Positions 52,739 to 62,860 of a stretch of DNA of 64,000 bases are shown here, one piece after another. This DNA is from Vitrella brassicaformis CCMP3155 (taxonomy: Eukaryota > Protista > Chromerida): assembly GCA_001179505.1 (NCBI GenBank), contig CDMY01000467.1:1-64000 (forward strand). Direction: 5' to 3'. Numbering within the stretch: position 1 is the first letter of the stretch; the number at the start of each line of letters is the position of its first letter. The translations under genes were made by a program, and so were the position numbers. The notes under the pieces were generated by a model, which made no database searches, was not told the DNA's origin, and saw only the letters and a list, made by a program, of their open reading frames with translations.

Positions 52739-53104
52739 ATGGTCCAAAAACAAACTAGGCTCCTAGTGACAGATAATAGCGGCGCAAAGCAAATACTTTG
52801 CATCGGTATTATAAGCAGCAAAGGGAAGACAGCCACTGTTGGAGACGTAATTCTGGGTGTCGTAAAAAATTCTTATCCTGATATGCCAGTTAAGAAGTCA
52901 GACCTTGTTAAAGCCGTAGTGGTGCGAACCAAAAAGCCCATTAACAGACCAGATGGATCCCAGCTCTACTTCAGTGACAACGCCGCTGTAGTGGTGAACA
53001 ACAATTATGATCCCGTAGGGTCACGTATTTTCGGGCCTGTGGCACGAGAGGTGAGAGACAAAAAAATGCTGAAGTTAATTTCTCTGGCTGAGGAAGTTCT
53101 GTGA
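52739..53104 (+). CDS. rpl14: 50S ribosomal protein L14
   Basis: DNSGAKQILCI, AVVVRTKK, DNAAVVV, GSRIFGPVARE. Confidence 0.98.
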   Translation: MVQKQTRLLVTDNSGAKQILCIGIISSKGKTATVGDVILGVVKNSYPDMPVKKSDLVKAVVVRTKKPINRPDGSQLYFSDNAAVVVNNNYDPVGSRIFGPVAREVRDKKMLKLISLAEEVL

Positions 53105-53155
53105 AGGTAAATTTTACCGACTTTTTAGTTAGAAAACCGCTGCTTTTCATACTCG

Positions 53156-53695
53156 ATGCTTACCCAATCTATAAGAGACATACAAAAACCACGTATCCAG
53201 GGAAAGGGCTCCTTCAGGGAACGTGTGTGCACACCCAAGCTCACGAAAGTAATTGTGCACAGAAGTCTAGGAATAAAAGCTCAAGATAGTAAAGTGTTAA
53301 AACAAAGCATAGAGGAATTCCGATCAATTACGGGACAGCAACCAGTTTTAACCCGGGCAAAAAAGTCCATAGCCGCCTTCAAAGTGAGAAAAAATATGGT
53401 CACAGGTATGAAAGTCACCCTGCGCGGACAAAAAATGTATGCCTTCGTCGATAAACTAATTCACCTGGTTCTTCCTCAAGTTAAAGATTTCCAAGGATTG
53501 AACTTACGGCAATTCGATGAATTTGGCAACTATCATTTAGGATTCACAGACCAAGGTGTGTTCCCCGAGCTAGAGGTTGATTTTCAAGAACTCAAGCTTG
53601 GCTTGGAAGTCAGTTTTATAACCAGTGTTGTAAATAGCGACAAAGCGCGTCAATTGTTTACCGATATGGGCTTTGTTTTCCAGACAAAAAGATAA
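53156..53695 (+). CDS. rpl5: 50S ribosomal protein L5
   Basis: ITGQQPVLTRAKKSIAAFKVR, GMKVTLRG, FDEFGNYHLG. Confidence 0.97.
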   Translation: MLTQSIRDIQKPRIQGKGSFRERVCTPKLTKVIVHRSLGIKAQDSKVLKQSIEEFRSITGQQPVLTRAKKSIAAFKVRKNMVTGMKVTLRGQKMYAFVDKLIHLVLPQVKDFQGLNLRQFDEFGNYHLGFTDQGVFPELEVDFQELKLGLEVSFITSVVNSDKARQLFTDMGFVFQTKR

Positions 53696-53744
53696 GTCCT
53701 TGTTGTTGTTTCGAAAGGAATTCGGGTCATCTAAAAAAGCCTAG

Positions 53745-54146
53745 ATGGATCTTGTCTCAGACGCTTTGTGCCGAATAAAAAACGCTTATCGAGCTAAACA
53801 TACTTTGACGTTACTGCCTGCCTCTTTAGTGGTTTTTAGAATCTGTACAGTGATGGCGGCCAGAGGGTTTGTAGACTCGGTGCGATGGCTTTCGTTACGC
53901 TCTACGGGAATGCAAGATAAAATAGTGGTAACTTTTAAATACTCGGGAGTGCGCCGCGTCTCTGCTATAAAGGGCCTCAAGCGCATAAGTAAACCTGGAG
54001 CAAGGTTATATTTACCCAGCCGCCGGCTCCCTCGGCTTTTAGGCGGTTTGGGCTTAGTGATAGTCTCCACTAGTTCGGGAATAATGTCGGTTTCCAGAGC
54101 CAAAAGCTTAGGCATAGGGGGTGAAGTGGTCTGTTATGTTTGGTAG
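53745..54146 (+). CDS. rps8: 30S ribosomal protein S8
   Basis: DLVSDALCRIKNA, RISKPGARLY, GLGLVIVSTSSGIM, GGEVVCYVW. Confidence 0.97.
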   Translation: MDLVSDALCRIKNAYRAKHTLTLLPASLVVFRICTVMAARGFVDSVRWLSLRSTGMQDKIVVTFKYSGVRRVSAIKGLKRISKPGARLYLPSRRLPRLLGGLGLVIVSTSSGIMSVSRAKSLGIGGEVVCYVW

Positions 54147-54188
54147 ACGAGTGGGATATTAAGATAGTGCTTAAAGAATTTCATTGAC

Positions 54189-54764
54189 ATGCCCAGAAAA
54201 GCCAATATTATTAATCGCCGTAGCCTTAATTTGGTTTCTAAAGCGGAGGCTGTGTCGTGCGCTTGGATATTAGATCGGTACGCAGGACGGGCTCGGGTAA
54301 AAATAGAAAACCAAGTCCATGCTTTGCAGCGAGATATCCCGGATCTAGTGACCTGCTGCAACGGTAGGTGTTTTATATACTTTTCTAAAAAAGATGAGTC
54401 GAAAAAAGCCCGACAACTTCAAGGTACTTTGTCTAAAGTGCTAGCGAATATAATACAAGGTATAGCTGTAGGTGCAGAAGTTAAGCTCCGATTAAATGGC
54501 GTCGGCTATAAGGCGAAAGTTGAACAGCAAAAACTAATTTTAGATGTGGGCTTTAGTCACTCTGTAAACATACCGATTCCACCGGACATAACAGCTTCTT
54601 TGCCAGACACTACCAGTATTACTTTGTCGGCTACAAATAAAGAAAAGTTGGGTGCGTTTGCAGCCAAGTTAAGGCAAGTACGTCCTCCCGAACCATATAA
54701 AGGTAAGGGAATTCAGTATGTTACGGAAAGTGTTAGTCTGAAGTCCGGTAAATCGAAGCGTTAG
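54189..54764 (+). CDS. rpl6: 50S ribosomal protein L6
   Basis: LNGVGYKA, LDVGFSH, RQVRPPEPYKGKGI. Confidence 0.95.
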   Translation: MPRKANIINRRSLNLVSKAEAVSCAWILDRYAGRARVKIENQVHALQRDIPDLVTCCNGRCFIYFSKKDESKKARQLQGTLSKVLANIIQGIAVGAEVKLRLNGVGYKAKVEQQKLILDVGFSHSVNIPIPPDITASLPDTTSITLSATNKEKLGAFAAKLRQVRPPEPYKGKGIQYVTESVSLKSGKSKR

Positions 54765-54802
54765 ATTATTAAGTTAGTTCCCTGCACAGTTCTCATAGGT
54801 AA

Positions 54803-55990
54803 GTGAGAAACTATTCGTTGTCGGTTGATCAGAGGCTAGCCGATCGTTTTTTTTACTTGGGGTTAATACTATTTTTTTATAAGTGGTTGTCCCAAGTCCC
54901 GATTCCTTTTTTTTCCTTGAACTTACTTTTAGACCAGCTCGGCTCTTTGCCACAATTGAATTCAACTCAGTTGAGTCCGGTGTTATCGGTGAGCGCAGCG
55001 GGAATTGCACCTTACCTGTACGCCTCCAGCATTTTAGAGTTTGCAACATTGAGTATTCCCAGTCTAAAAAAAAACAGGGAGCTCGGCGGCTCTGCTTGGG
55101 TCAAGCAATTAAATTTGTGGAAGCGTTATCTAGCCACAGGATTCATAGTAGCTAGCTCTTGGCAAAAATGTTATGGGTTGAGCTACGGTCTATTTAGCAT
55201 TAACACGTTGGATTTTATGATCTTGATGTCGGTTTTTGTATCGGGCGGGTTATTCGTCATATGGATGGCAGAAACGTTGAGCATTTACACGCTGAGCATC
55301 GGGTCTAATATATTGATTATGTTTGATATTTTAAGTGATTTAGGCAGGCTATCTCTATCGCAGTTATTTAGTTTCAAAGCCGGAATTTTATTATTTGTTG
55401 TTCTCTGGGGAAGTCTTGTGCTAACCGAAGCCCAGCGAAAACTACCTTTGGTAGTCTCTCGTCTGACCGGAGAGAGCTCAAGCGAGTTACCTAGAGCCAG
55501 GGAGGACCGGCCTGCAATTGATGATTATCTATCAATTTCCATTGTTCCGGGAGGCTCGACTCTGTCCATTCTGACCTTAGCTCTGTGCTTGTTTGTGGTA
55601 GGTTTTTTAAAGTCGTCTTCATCGCTAGTGCTACAACTAGCTGCGACTGCGGCCACTTTGCTCGTTTACTACCTAGTATCAAAAGCTTTCGTTGACTTTG
55701 CCTTGAATACGGAAGAAATAACAAAATCTCTAAGAAAAATGTCTGTCAGTCTTTACGGGATCAAGTCAGGTCCCTCAACTCTCAAGTATCTTAATGATGT
55801 CAAAGCAGTACTATTTTTGATCCCATTCCTAAGCACGGCCTTTTTTATTTTGGCTCCGTTTTTAAGTAGCATCTACATAAAAAATTCGGAAAATCCCGTC
55901 TTTTCGTTTGTCCCTTCCCTGTTTCTGATTTACAGTATTTACAATGACCTTTTTTATAAAGTATCCGCTTATCTAAAACTAGACGATTGA
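54803..55990 (+). CDS. secY: Preprotein translocase SecY (divergent)
   Basis: Multi-TM protein; SVSAAGIAPYLYASSI (cf. IFALGIMPYISASII), QLNLWKRYLA, GIKSGPSTLKYL (cf. GIRPG..T..YL). Confidence 0.85.
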   Translation: MRNYSLSVDQRLADRFFYLGLILFFYKWLSQVPIPFFSLNLLLDQLGSLPQLNSTQLSPVLSVSAAGIAPYLYASSILEFATLSIPSLKKNRELGGSAWVKQLNLWKRYLATGFIVASSWQKCYGLSYGLFSINTLDFMILMSVFVSGGLFVIWMAETLSIYTLSIGSNILIMFDILSDLGRLSLSQLFSFKAGILLFVVLWGSLVLTEAQRKLPLVVSRLTGESSSELPRAREDRPAIDDYLSISIVPGGSTLSILTLALCLFVVGFLKSSSSLVLQLAATAATLLVYYLVSKAFVDFALNTEEITKSLRKMSVSLYGIKSGPSTLKYLNDVKAVLFLIPFLSTAFFILAPFLSSIYIKNSENPVFSFVPSLFLIYSIYNDLFYKVSAYLKLDD

Positions 55991-56071
55991 TCCTACAAAA
56001 GCCTGTAGTGTTGGAAGTTTATTGGAACACATAGAAAAGGCTCCTCAGAGCAAAAGTTAACCTCCGACTAC

Positions 56072-57766
56072 ATGACAGTGAGATTCACAAAGAAACCCAA
56101 GACAGGCCTTAGATTTTCAGCTGTTTTGTCTAGAAAACTTTCGCGTTACAAAACTCCTACTCTCAATCCTGAGGCGAGGCCGACGAGTGGCCCTGCTCGG
56201 CCTTTACCAAGTCATTCTAGAAGCCCTTCGACCTCGACAAGCTACTGCACTTTTACACGCACGAAAAGGATTTTAAGGCATCTGTCCCAGCCTTCTGCAA
56301 ACATCGAAAACAAGGCCCTGCTGCACGATTATATTCAGATGCTCTCGGGGACGAACATGTGTTACTCCGTTCCTGATTCGAGCCGAGAGCTCTTTGGCGT
56401 AAAACGTTTGTCTATGTGCCGATTGAAGGAAGCTAAGTTGCACAGAAAGCTTACCGCAAAGTTGAGCTACGCTTTATCCGGTGACTCTGGTCTTTCGCGG
56501 GATGCTTTACAGTATAAGAAGCTATTTGAGCATCGTCTATATTCTAAGCTTATGGATAAGCTTCGTACACGAGGAGCTGCCTTCTCTGCAATTACTGAGT
56601 CTCACTTAGACGACACCGTTCAAAGAACGGATCTCAGAGAACAGTATTTGTTTTCAGGACTTACTTACCTGAGCGCCACTGGCCGTAGATCGGAGTTTGT
56701 GACAAATCTTCCGCGTCTTAAAGAACTGATTCGTCAAAGCAGAGAGAACATCCAATTTATTTTACTCGAACTTGGCCTCACTCAAGCTGCACGGACACGA
56801 AAGCTTTATCCGTCTACCTCTGCTGTGACATCGGACAGACGAATAAGAGCCTTGCGAAAAGTTCTGCGTATCCTTAAAAAAGTGGGCCGCTCCGAGTCGC
56901 CTCTGACCGCTTTAATTGCTAACGCATCTGGAGTGAGAGTGTCCCGACTGTCTGAACTTTTGGCAAACAGAATGTTTTCTTTGGCTGCTTTATCTACTAT
57001 ATCAACCAAGCCTGGCAAGACGTCAGAAAAACCGCACAAATCACTCTTTAAACTCCTTAGTCCGATGAGTCTGCAGCCGCTCACAGCGGCCCAGTCGTCA
57101 TCCACGGAAAAGGAAAGAAGCTTAATAAATTCTTTAACATTCAAAGATATTACTAGACGCGGCGAGTTGGAAGTACGTCAAGGTGACTTGGCGAGCACAT
57201 CCTTTGGTCAGCAAAGGGCCCAGCGAGAGCTGCCACAAAAGCATCCTATTCTGCAGGAAGTTCTGGAATACCGGGGAGTCTCACGAACGAGGGCTGGAGG
57301 GCGGTCTAGGAGATTTAGGGTCTTACTGGTCATAGGTCGGAAGACGGGCTGGGTAGGTGTGGGCTTGGGAAAACATAAATACATTCCCGAGGCCATACAG
57401 AAAGCCAAGCGAGACGCCGCTAGAAACATATCTTTTCTAAGACGAACTGCAGTAGGAAGTATTTCTAATACAGTGAAAGGCAAATTCAAGAAGGCCCACG
57501 TCCTCTTGAAGCCCCTGCCCGTAGGATCAGGGATGATGACTGGTTCTTGTTTAAAGAACGTCCTCGTCTTAGCAGGATATAGTAACGTTTGGGGACTCCA
57601 GATGGGCACGCCCAATAAAATATGCAATGTGAAAGCAGTTTTAGACGCATTAGGTCAATTGCGTTCAGATGTGGAGATTATAGGTGCGCGACAGAGTAAG
57701 CGTGACGACACGAAACCACAGGAGAGTCTTGTGTGCGCCCTAAAATTATATGCGGAAACCCGGTAG
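56072..57766 (+). CDS. rps5: 30S ribosomal protein S5 with a ~390-aa N-terminal extension
   Basis: C-terminal ~170 aa: RGVSRTRAGGRSRRFRVLLVIG...VGVGLGK...AIQKA, LKPLPVGSG, LAGYSNV. Confidence 0.9.
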   Translation: MTVRFTKKPKTGLRFSAVLSRKLSRYKTPTLNPEARPTSGPARPLPSHSRSPSTSTSYCTFTRTKRILRHLSQPSANIENKALLHDYIQMLSGTNMCYSVPDSSRELFGVKRLSMCRLKEAKLHRKLTAKLSYALSGDSGLSRDALQYKKLFEHRLYSKLMDKLRTRGAAFSAITESHLDDTVQRTDLREQYLFSGLTYLSATGRRSEFVTNLPRLKELIRQSRENIQFILLELGLTQAARTRKLYPSTSAVTSDRRIRALRKVLRILKKVGRSESPLTALIANASGVRVSRLSELLANRMFSLAALSTISTKPGKTSEKPHKSLFKLLSPMSLQPLTAAQSSSTEKERSLINSLTFKDITRRGELEVRQGDLASTSFGQQRAQRELPQKHPILQEVLEYRGVSRTRAGGRSRRFRVLLVIGRKTGWVGVGLGKHKYIPEAIQKAKRDAARNISFLRRTAVGSISNTVKGKFKKAHVLLKPLPVGSGMMTGSCLKNVLVLAGYSNVWGLQMGTPNKICNVKAVLDALGQLRSDVEIIGARQSKRDDTKPQESLVCALKLYAETR

Positions 57767-57795
57767 CGTTAAGTTAGAATTTAAGGTATATTCCG

Positions 57796-58206
57796 GTGAT
57801 ACTATTTAATCTCATGCGTTTTATGGCCAGCCCTAAGGGAGCTCTGACAATTACGTCTTCTCGATTACGATTGGAAGGAGTCCTGCTTCCTTCTAGTCAA
57901 CATATTAAACACGCGCTCACAAACCTCAAAGGGATACAGCACGGCAGGGCTTCCATATTGTTATTACGAGCCAGGCTAAATCCTAAGAGGCGTGTAGGAT
58001 TGTTGACGAACGAGCAAGTAAAGCAGCTGCGAACTTCTTTTTCTAACGCCAGTTTTTCCACTGAAAACGTACTTATGCGAAGCTTTTTTCTGTCAAAACA
58101 AAGGCTATACGAGGCGCGTTTAATTCGAGGGGTGCGGCTTCGAAGACGACTTACTAATAGAGGACAAAGAACTAAAAACAACAACAAAACTATAAAAAGA
58201 TTTTAA
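57796..58206 (+). CDS. rps13: 30S ribosomal protein S13 (start uncertain)
   Basis: RLEGVLLP...[25 protein letters not shown]. Confidence 0.88.
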   Translation: MILFNLMRFMASPKGALTITSSRLRLEGVLLPSSQHIKHALTNLKGIQHGRASILLLRARLNPKRRVGLLTNEQVKQLRTSFSNASFSTENVLMRSFFLSKQRLYEARLIRGVRLRRRLTNRGQRTKNNNKTIKRF

Positions 58207-58271
58207 AGTATCAAAGTGGCCTCTGTTCCTTGTCTTTGCACATAATAGGAAGCGTTAAATTGAAGACAATG

Positions 58272-58385
58272 ATGAAAGTACGATCTTCGTTAAAGCTGAG
58301 ATGCGCCAAGTGTAAAGTCGTTCGCCGTTCGAACAAGATATATGTCTTGTGTCAAAACCCGAAACACAAGCAAAGGCAAGGATAG
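58272..58385 (+). CDS. rpl36: 50S ribosomal protein L36
   Basis: Hand translation [37 protein letters not shown]. Confidence 0.96.
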   Translation: MKVRSSLKLRCAKCKVVRRSNKIYVLCQNPKHKQRQG

Positions 58386-58429
58386 CTCTTGTGGTATTTT
58401 ACCATATAAAAAAGAACGCTTTATGTGAA

Positions 58430-58939
58430 ATGAGACGTTACCCAATGCTGCGTGACAAGGGAGGAGCTTCTAAACCCTTTGTGCCCCAACCGTTTAAGTC
58501 TAACCTGATGGCCCGTTTCGGAAAAACAACTAGCAAGATAGCAGTTGTATATGTTTACGTCACCCGTCAAAATGTGATTCTGACGTTAGTGGATTTGAAA
58601 AGTCGAAAAGGATGGCTAGACACTATTGATCGAAAACGCAGTTTTCTTGTTCGAACTGTAGCGTGTGTTTCTTCGGGACAATGTGGATTTCGAGGAAAGA
58701 GAAAAACGGCACCCTTTGCCATAAATTTGACTACCAAAAAACTGTTGAAATCGGCCTCGGATCTGGGCTATACGCACTTACGCTTGGTTCTTAGGGGGAA
58801 TGGGTATAATCGAGAAACCATTTTGAAGACATTTCTGCGCGCAAAAACCAAACAACATAGAATTCCCATTTTGTCTGTGACAGACGTGACTTTAGCTCCG
58901 CACAATGGGTGCCGGCCTAAGAATAGAAAAAGAAGGTAG
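58430..58939 (+). CDS. rps11: 30S ribosomal protein S11 (start uncertain)
   Basis: NVILTLVD, SSGQCGFRGKRKTAPFA, DVTLAPHNGCRPKNRKR. Confidence 0.93.
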   Translation: MRRYPMLRDKGGASKPFVPQPFKSNLMARFGKTTSKIAVVYVYVTRQNVILTLVDLKSRKGWLDTIDRKRSFLVRTVACVSSGQCGFRGKRKTAPFAINLTTKKLLKSASDLGYTHLRLVLRGNGYNRETILKTFLRAKTKQHRIPILSVTDVTLAPHNGCRPKNRKRR

Positions 58940-58990
58940 TTGAAACGAATGCAAGCTAGCTTTAAAAAACAAACCTTTAGATAGCTTACT

Positions 58991-59200
58991 GTGGCAAAAC
59001 GAAATCTTCACCCCCAATGGTTTCCTCAAACGCAAGTATTTTGCGATGGCGTGCTGGTTATGGTGACTGCAGCAACCAAGGAAAGGCTAACTGTAGACAC
59101 CTGGTCTGGCAACCATCCCGCATACAAAAGTCAGGATGGTATTAGTGTGCAAAAAAATCCTAACGTTCAGAGCTTTTTGAATCGGAGAGCCGGATACTAA
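58991..59200 (+). CDS. rpl31: 50S ribosomal protein L31
   Basis: MAKRNLHPQWFP...FCDG...VDTWSGNHP. Confidence 0.93.
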   Translation: MAKRNLHPQWFPQTQVFCDGVLVMVTAATKERLTVDTWSGNHPAYKSQDGISVQKNPNVQSFLNRRAGY

Positions 59201-59206
59201 TGGTTA

Positions 59207-59956
59207 TTGTGTCTAAAGGACTTCCACTTAGCGCTTCTACTTGGCCCAGCACACATGTTGCGTATCCACCCGCAGGCCGTCACGTCCCACCACCAGGGAG
59301 GCTGTCTTTCTGTTCTCTATTGTCACGCTCCTGAAATTAGTTTTGTCCCTCTCTGCCTAAATGCTGTTCGTCGAACTCTGCTGAGCTTTTCAACACAATT
59401 AAAACTTGTTGGGGTAAAAATAAATAGCTCTAGAAACACTTACCCCTGGTGCATGTTCTCGGGGTGCCGGGATAGTTATTTAGATTTAATAAGCCGACTT
59501 CAACGACTATCGGTCCGCATTCGAGAAACTTCTCTGTGCTACGTTCTTCAGTTAAAAAGTTCAGGGCCTCTAGTGGTGGTAGCCGGTCATATGATCACGC
59601 CCCCCACTCTGGAAATCCTTACACCTAACAAATACCTGACTAGTTTGGCTGCTAAGTGCGCGCTAGACATGGAGCTAATTTTTTCTAGCTACGTTTTAGC
59701 TGTCCCGGTCTCTTATTGGGAAAAAACTACAGATTCCCACGCGTCACCTTGTGGGCCTTTTTCTAGTTCTCACGTAACTTGCTCTTTTTACGGGTTTCGT
59801 CTAAATCTGCTGCCACGAAAAGAGTCTCACGAGCTGGCTATATTTGAAGTTCTTGGCCCTGCCGCTTATGGATCCTGGAGTGTATTAGCAACTATTTGTT
59901 TAAAGCTTTTTCGTAACTTTAAAGGGATATCCAGAGTAGTGTTGACTGACACTTAG
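59207..59956 (+). CDS. rpoA: RNA polymerase alpha subunit, N-terminal domain only, very divergent
   Basis: LNAVRRTLLS, GCRDSYLDLISRL (cf. GVREDVLEILLNL), GPLVVVAG...EILTPNKYLTSL; position after rps11. Confidence 0.75.
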   Translation: MCLKDFHLALLLGPAHMLRIHPQAVTSHHQGGCLSVLYCHAPEISFVPLCLNAVRRTLLSFSTQLKLVGVKINSSRNTYPWCMFSGCRDSYLDLISRLQRLSVRIRETSLCYVLQLKSSGPLVVVAGHMITPPTLEILTPNKYLTSLAAKCALDMELIFSSYVLAVPVSYWEKTTDSHASPCGPFSSSHVTCSFYGFRLNLLPRKESHELAIFEVLGPAAYGSWSVLATICLKLFRNFKGISRVVLTDT

Positions 59957-59964
59957 GTATAGTA

Positions 59965-60378
59965 TTGAGTTCGCTAATTATTTTGAAAATTTATCACATA
60001 GATGCGGAAGGGATGAAATTAGGCCGCTTAGCTAGCGTAATAAAAAAAACTGTTCTCTTTCATATAACGACTGCGACCGACCGCCCCTACAAATCTGTTC
60101 CCAACTACTTGATAGTTGTAAGCAACTGTTCGAAGATTTTGACTTCTCCAAACAGAATACGAAATAAGAAGTATTTTTTCCATTCCGGCTGCCCTGGGGG
60201 ACTCAGAACTTTATCGTGGGGAGCGCTTAACTTGACCAACCCAGAAAAAGTAGTAGAACTAGCTTTGCGCCGAATGTTGCCTAGCACAGTTCACTCTAAG
60301 AACATTTTGAGAAAGGTCCGCTTTCATCGCCATGAGTACATGGAAAGAGAATCTTTGCGTATTATCAGACTACGCTAA
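59965..60378 (+). CDS. rpl13: 50S ribosomal protein L13
   Basis: IDAEGMKLGRLAS, KKYFFHSGCPGGL, PEKVVELALRRMLP. Confidence 0.93.
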   Translation: MSSLIILKIYHIDAEGMKLGRLASVIKKTVLFHITTATDRPYKSVPNYLIVVSNCSKILTSPNRIRNKKYFFHSGCPGGLRTLSWGALNLTNPEKVVELALRRMLPSTVHSKNILRKVRFHRHEYMERESLRIIRLR

Positions 60379-60459
60379 GTTTTCGTACTCTGGTTGTGGG
60401 CCAAGAGAAATACTTGTGATTTTGTGGTATTTTACTTGTTTCCGGAGACGTCAGAATGT

Positions 60460-60831
60460 ATGCCCACTCTACGACAAATCATTAGGAACGGGCGAGTCAA
60501 AATTCCTAAGCGACGACGCACCTTAGCCTTAGTTGAATCTCCTCAAAGGCAAGGAGTTTGCTTCAAAGTTTATACTATGACTCCTAAGAAACCTAACTCC
60601 GCTTTAAGAAAAGTGGTGCGCGTCCGATTATCCTCGAGATACGATGTTATTGCTCACATACCAGGGGAGGGCTACGCTGTACAGGACCACAATCTAGTCT
60701 TAGTCCGAGGGGGTCGAGTAAAGGATCTGCCTGGAGTAAGATTCAAAATTGTCAGGGGAGCACGAGAGGCTGTAGGAGTGACGAATAGAAAAAATGGCAG
60801 ATCAAAGTACGGTGTGAAGAAATCTTTTTAG
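60460..60831 (+). CDS. rps12: 30S ribosomal protein S12
   Basis: [41 protein letters not shown]. Confidence 0.98.
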   Translation: MPTLRQIIRNGRVKIPKRRRTLALVESPQRQGVCFKVYTMTPKKPNSALRKVVRVRLSSRYDVIAHIPGEGYAVQDHNLVLVRGGRVKDLPGVRFKIVRGAREAVGVTNRKNGRSKYGVKKSF

Positions 60832-60840
60832 CATATACAA

Positions 60841-61491
60841 ATGACTCGAGTCTCTAAACCAAAACAGCACCCTATTTTCAAAAGTGCGCTGGTGGCTATG
60901 CTGGTGGCACGCATACAAAAATCAGGGAAAAGAAGCGTAGCAGAGGGCTTAATCCTACGTACTATGAATTACGTCGAACAGAAAGCAAACAAGCCGGCTC
61001 TGATGGTTCTGGAGCTAGCTGTAAAGAAGCTCATGCCGGAAGTGTCTTTAGTTTCGCAGCGGGTCGGTGCCTCAGTGTATCAAATTCCGCGTTCTATTCT
61101 GACTAGTGCGTCCATTCCACAGGCCATAAAATGGCTAGTCGACTCGGCGAAGGCTAAGAAAACGAACCGAATCTCCGAGGCCTTGGCATTAGAGATTCTA
61201 GACGCTTTTAATGGCCAGGGAACGGCCGTTGCTAAGCTTCAGCAAAATAAACGTATGGCTGCAGCCAATTTGGTTTATGCACATTTAGACAGAGGTCAGC
61301 AAAAACGCACCAGCCGTGTGGGACGGAAAATATTTCGATCACGCGCCGAGTCTAAGAAAAAACGGGCGATGAACGCTTTGTCTAGATTACAGAGACACTA
61401 CCGACAAGTAGATCGGTCAGTAAACAAGAGCCATGCCTTCCAAGCTGAATACCAAAGTCACCTATGGTATGCCAATCCAGAACGCTTATAA
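60841..61491 (+). CDS. rps7: 30S ribosomal protein S7 with a ~60-aa C-terminal extension
   Basis: GKRSVAE, PEVSLVSQRVGASVYQIP, AIKWL, EILDA..G.G.AV. Confidence 0.93.
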   Translation: MTRVSKPKQHPIFKSALVAMLVARIQKSGKRSVAEGLILRTMNYVEQKANKPALMVLELAVKKLMPEVSLVSQRVGASVYQIPRSILTSASIPQAIKWLVDSAKAKKTNRISEALALEILDAFNGQGTAVAKLQQNKRMAAANLVYAHLDRGQQKRTSRVGRKIFRSRAESKKKRAMNALSRLQRHYRQVDRSVNKSHAFQAEYQSHLWYANPERL

Positions 61492-61541
61492 GGCTAGCTT
61501 TCTAGGTAAAAAGTATCTGATATCAATTAACTAACACTTTC

Positions 61542-62783
61542 ATGGCGAGAGAAATTTTTGAAAGAGGCAAGCCTCACGTGAACGTGGGAACTATTGGCCA
61601 TGTAGACCATGGTAAAACCACACTAACTGCGGCTATCACATCTGTACTGGCGGTCACCTCAGGCGGAAAAGCTAAAAAGTACGACGAGATTGATGCGGCG
61701 CCGGAAGAAAAGGCCCGAGGAATTACCATTAATAGTGCCCACGTCGAGTACGAGACATCTAAGAGACATTATGCTCATGTAGACTGTCCTGGTCACGCTG
61801 ATTATGTCAAAAACATGATTACGGGCGCAGCTCAAATGGATGGAGCGATCTTGGTAGTTTCGGCGGCAGACGGCCCGATGCCCCAGACCAGAGAGCATAT
61901 TCTACTCTCTCGTCAGGTCGGTGTTCCCAATATTGTTGTTTTCTTAAACAAAGAGGATCAAGTAGATGATCCTGAGCTTTTAGAATTAGTGGAATTAGAG
62001 GTTAGAGAGATGCTAAGTAGCTATGGATTTCCAGGCGATGATATACCGTGTATTTCAGGATCTGCGCTTCAGGCTTTAGAGACGGTCCAAAAGAACCCCG
62101 GCATTAAACGAGGGGACAATGACTGGGTGGATAAGATTTTAGCTTTGATGGACGCTGTAGATGATTATATTCCAACACCAGAAAGAGAGGTAGACAAACC
62201 GTTCTTGATGGCCGTGGAAGATGTTTTCTCTATTACAGGTCGAGGAACGGTCGCTACGGGTCGAGTAGAACGAGGCAAAGTGAAGGTTGGTGAAACGATT
62301 GAAATTGTCGGGTTGAAACCTACACGCTCTTCAACTGTAACGGGTATAGAGATGTTTCAGAAAACTTTAGAAGAAGGAGTGGCAGGTGATAATATTGGCG
62401 TCCTTCTTCGGGGAATTCAAAAGACTGACATCTTAAGGGGAATGGTGCTAGCAGCGCCAGGGAGCATTACTCCTCATACAGAGTTTCAGGCGGAAGTTTA
62501 CATTTTAACACCAGATGAAGGTGGGCGCCACAAGCCTTTTTTTGCAGGATACCGACCACAGTTCTACGTAAGAACTACAGACGTTACTGGTTCTATCACT
62601 GCCATTAAAAATGTTTCTGAAGACGGGACGGAGGAAGATATTTCTATGGTTATGCCAGGAGACAAAGTGACCATTGAAGCTAGCTTAATTTATCCAATCG
62701 CGGTAGAAGAAGGTATGAGATTTGCCATCCGTGAAGGCGGGAGGACCGTTGGAGCTGGATTGGTAGTCAAAATAGTTAAGTAG
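61542..62783 (+). CDS. tufA: Elongation factor Tu
   Basis: [43 protein letters not shown]. Confidence 0.99.
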   Translation: MAREIFERGKPHVNVGTIGHVDHGKTTLTAAITSVLAVTSGGKAKKYDEIDAAPEEKARGITINSAHVEYETSKRHYAHVDCPGHADYVKNMITGAAQMDGAILVVSAADGPMPQTREHILLSRQVGVPNIVVFLNKEDQVDDPELLELVELEVREMLSSYGFPGDDIPCISGSALQALETVQKNPGIKRGDNDWVDKILALMDAVDDYIPTPEREVDKPFLMAVEDVFSITGRGTVATGRVERGKVKVGETIEIVGLKPTRSSTVTGIEMFQKTLEEGVAGDNIGVLLRGIQKTDILRGMVLAAPGSITPHTEFQAEVYILTPDEGGRHKPFFAGYRPQFYVRTTDVTGSITAIKNVSEDGTEEDISMVMPGDKVTIEASLIYPIAVEEGMRFAIREGGRTVGAGLVVKIVK

Positions 62784-62812
62784 TTGAAAAATCGGCTAAG
62801 AGGTGGTATAAA
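62784..62812 (+). promoter_or_regulatory. Putative sigma70-type promoter for psaD
   Basis: TTGAAA (62784-62789), 17-nt spacer ending TGG (extended -10), TATAAA (62807-62812). Confidence 0.5.
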
Positions 62813-62860
62813 AGAGGTTGTGTCTCAAGACGGAACGAATAGGAGACGGCTCCCAAACTT

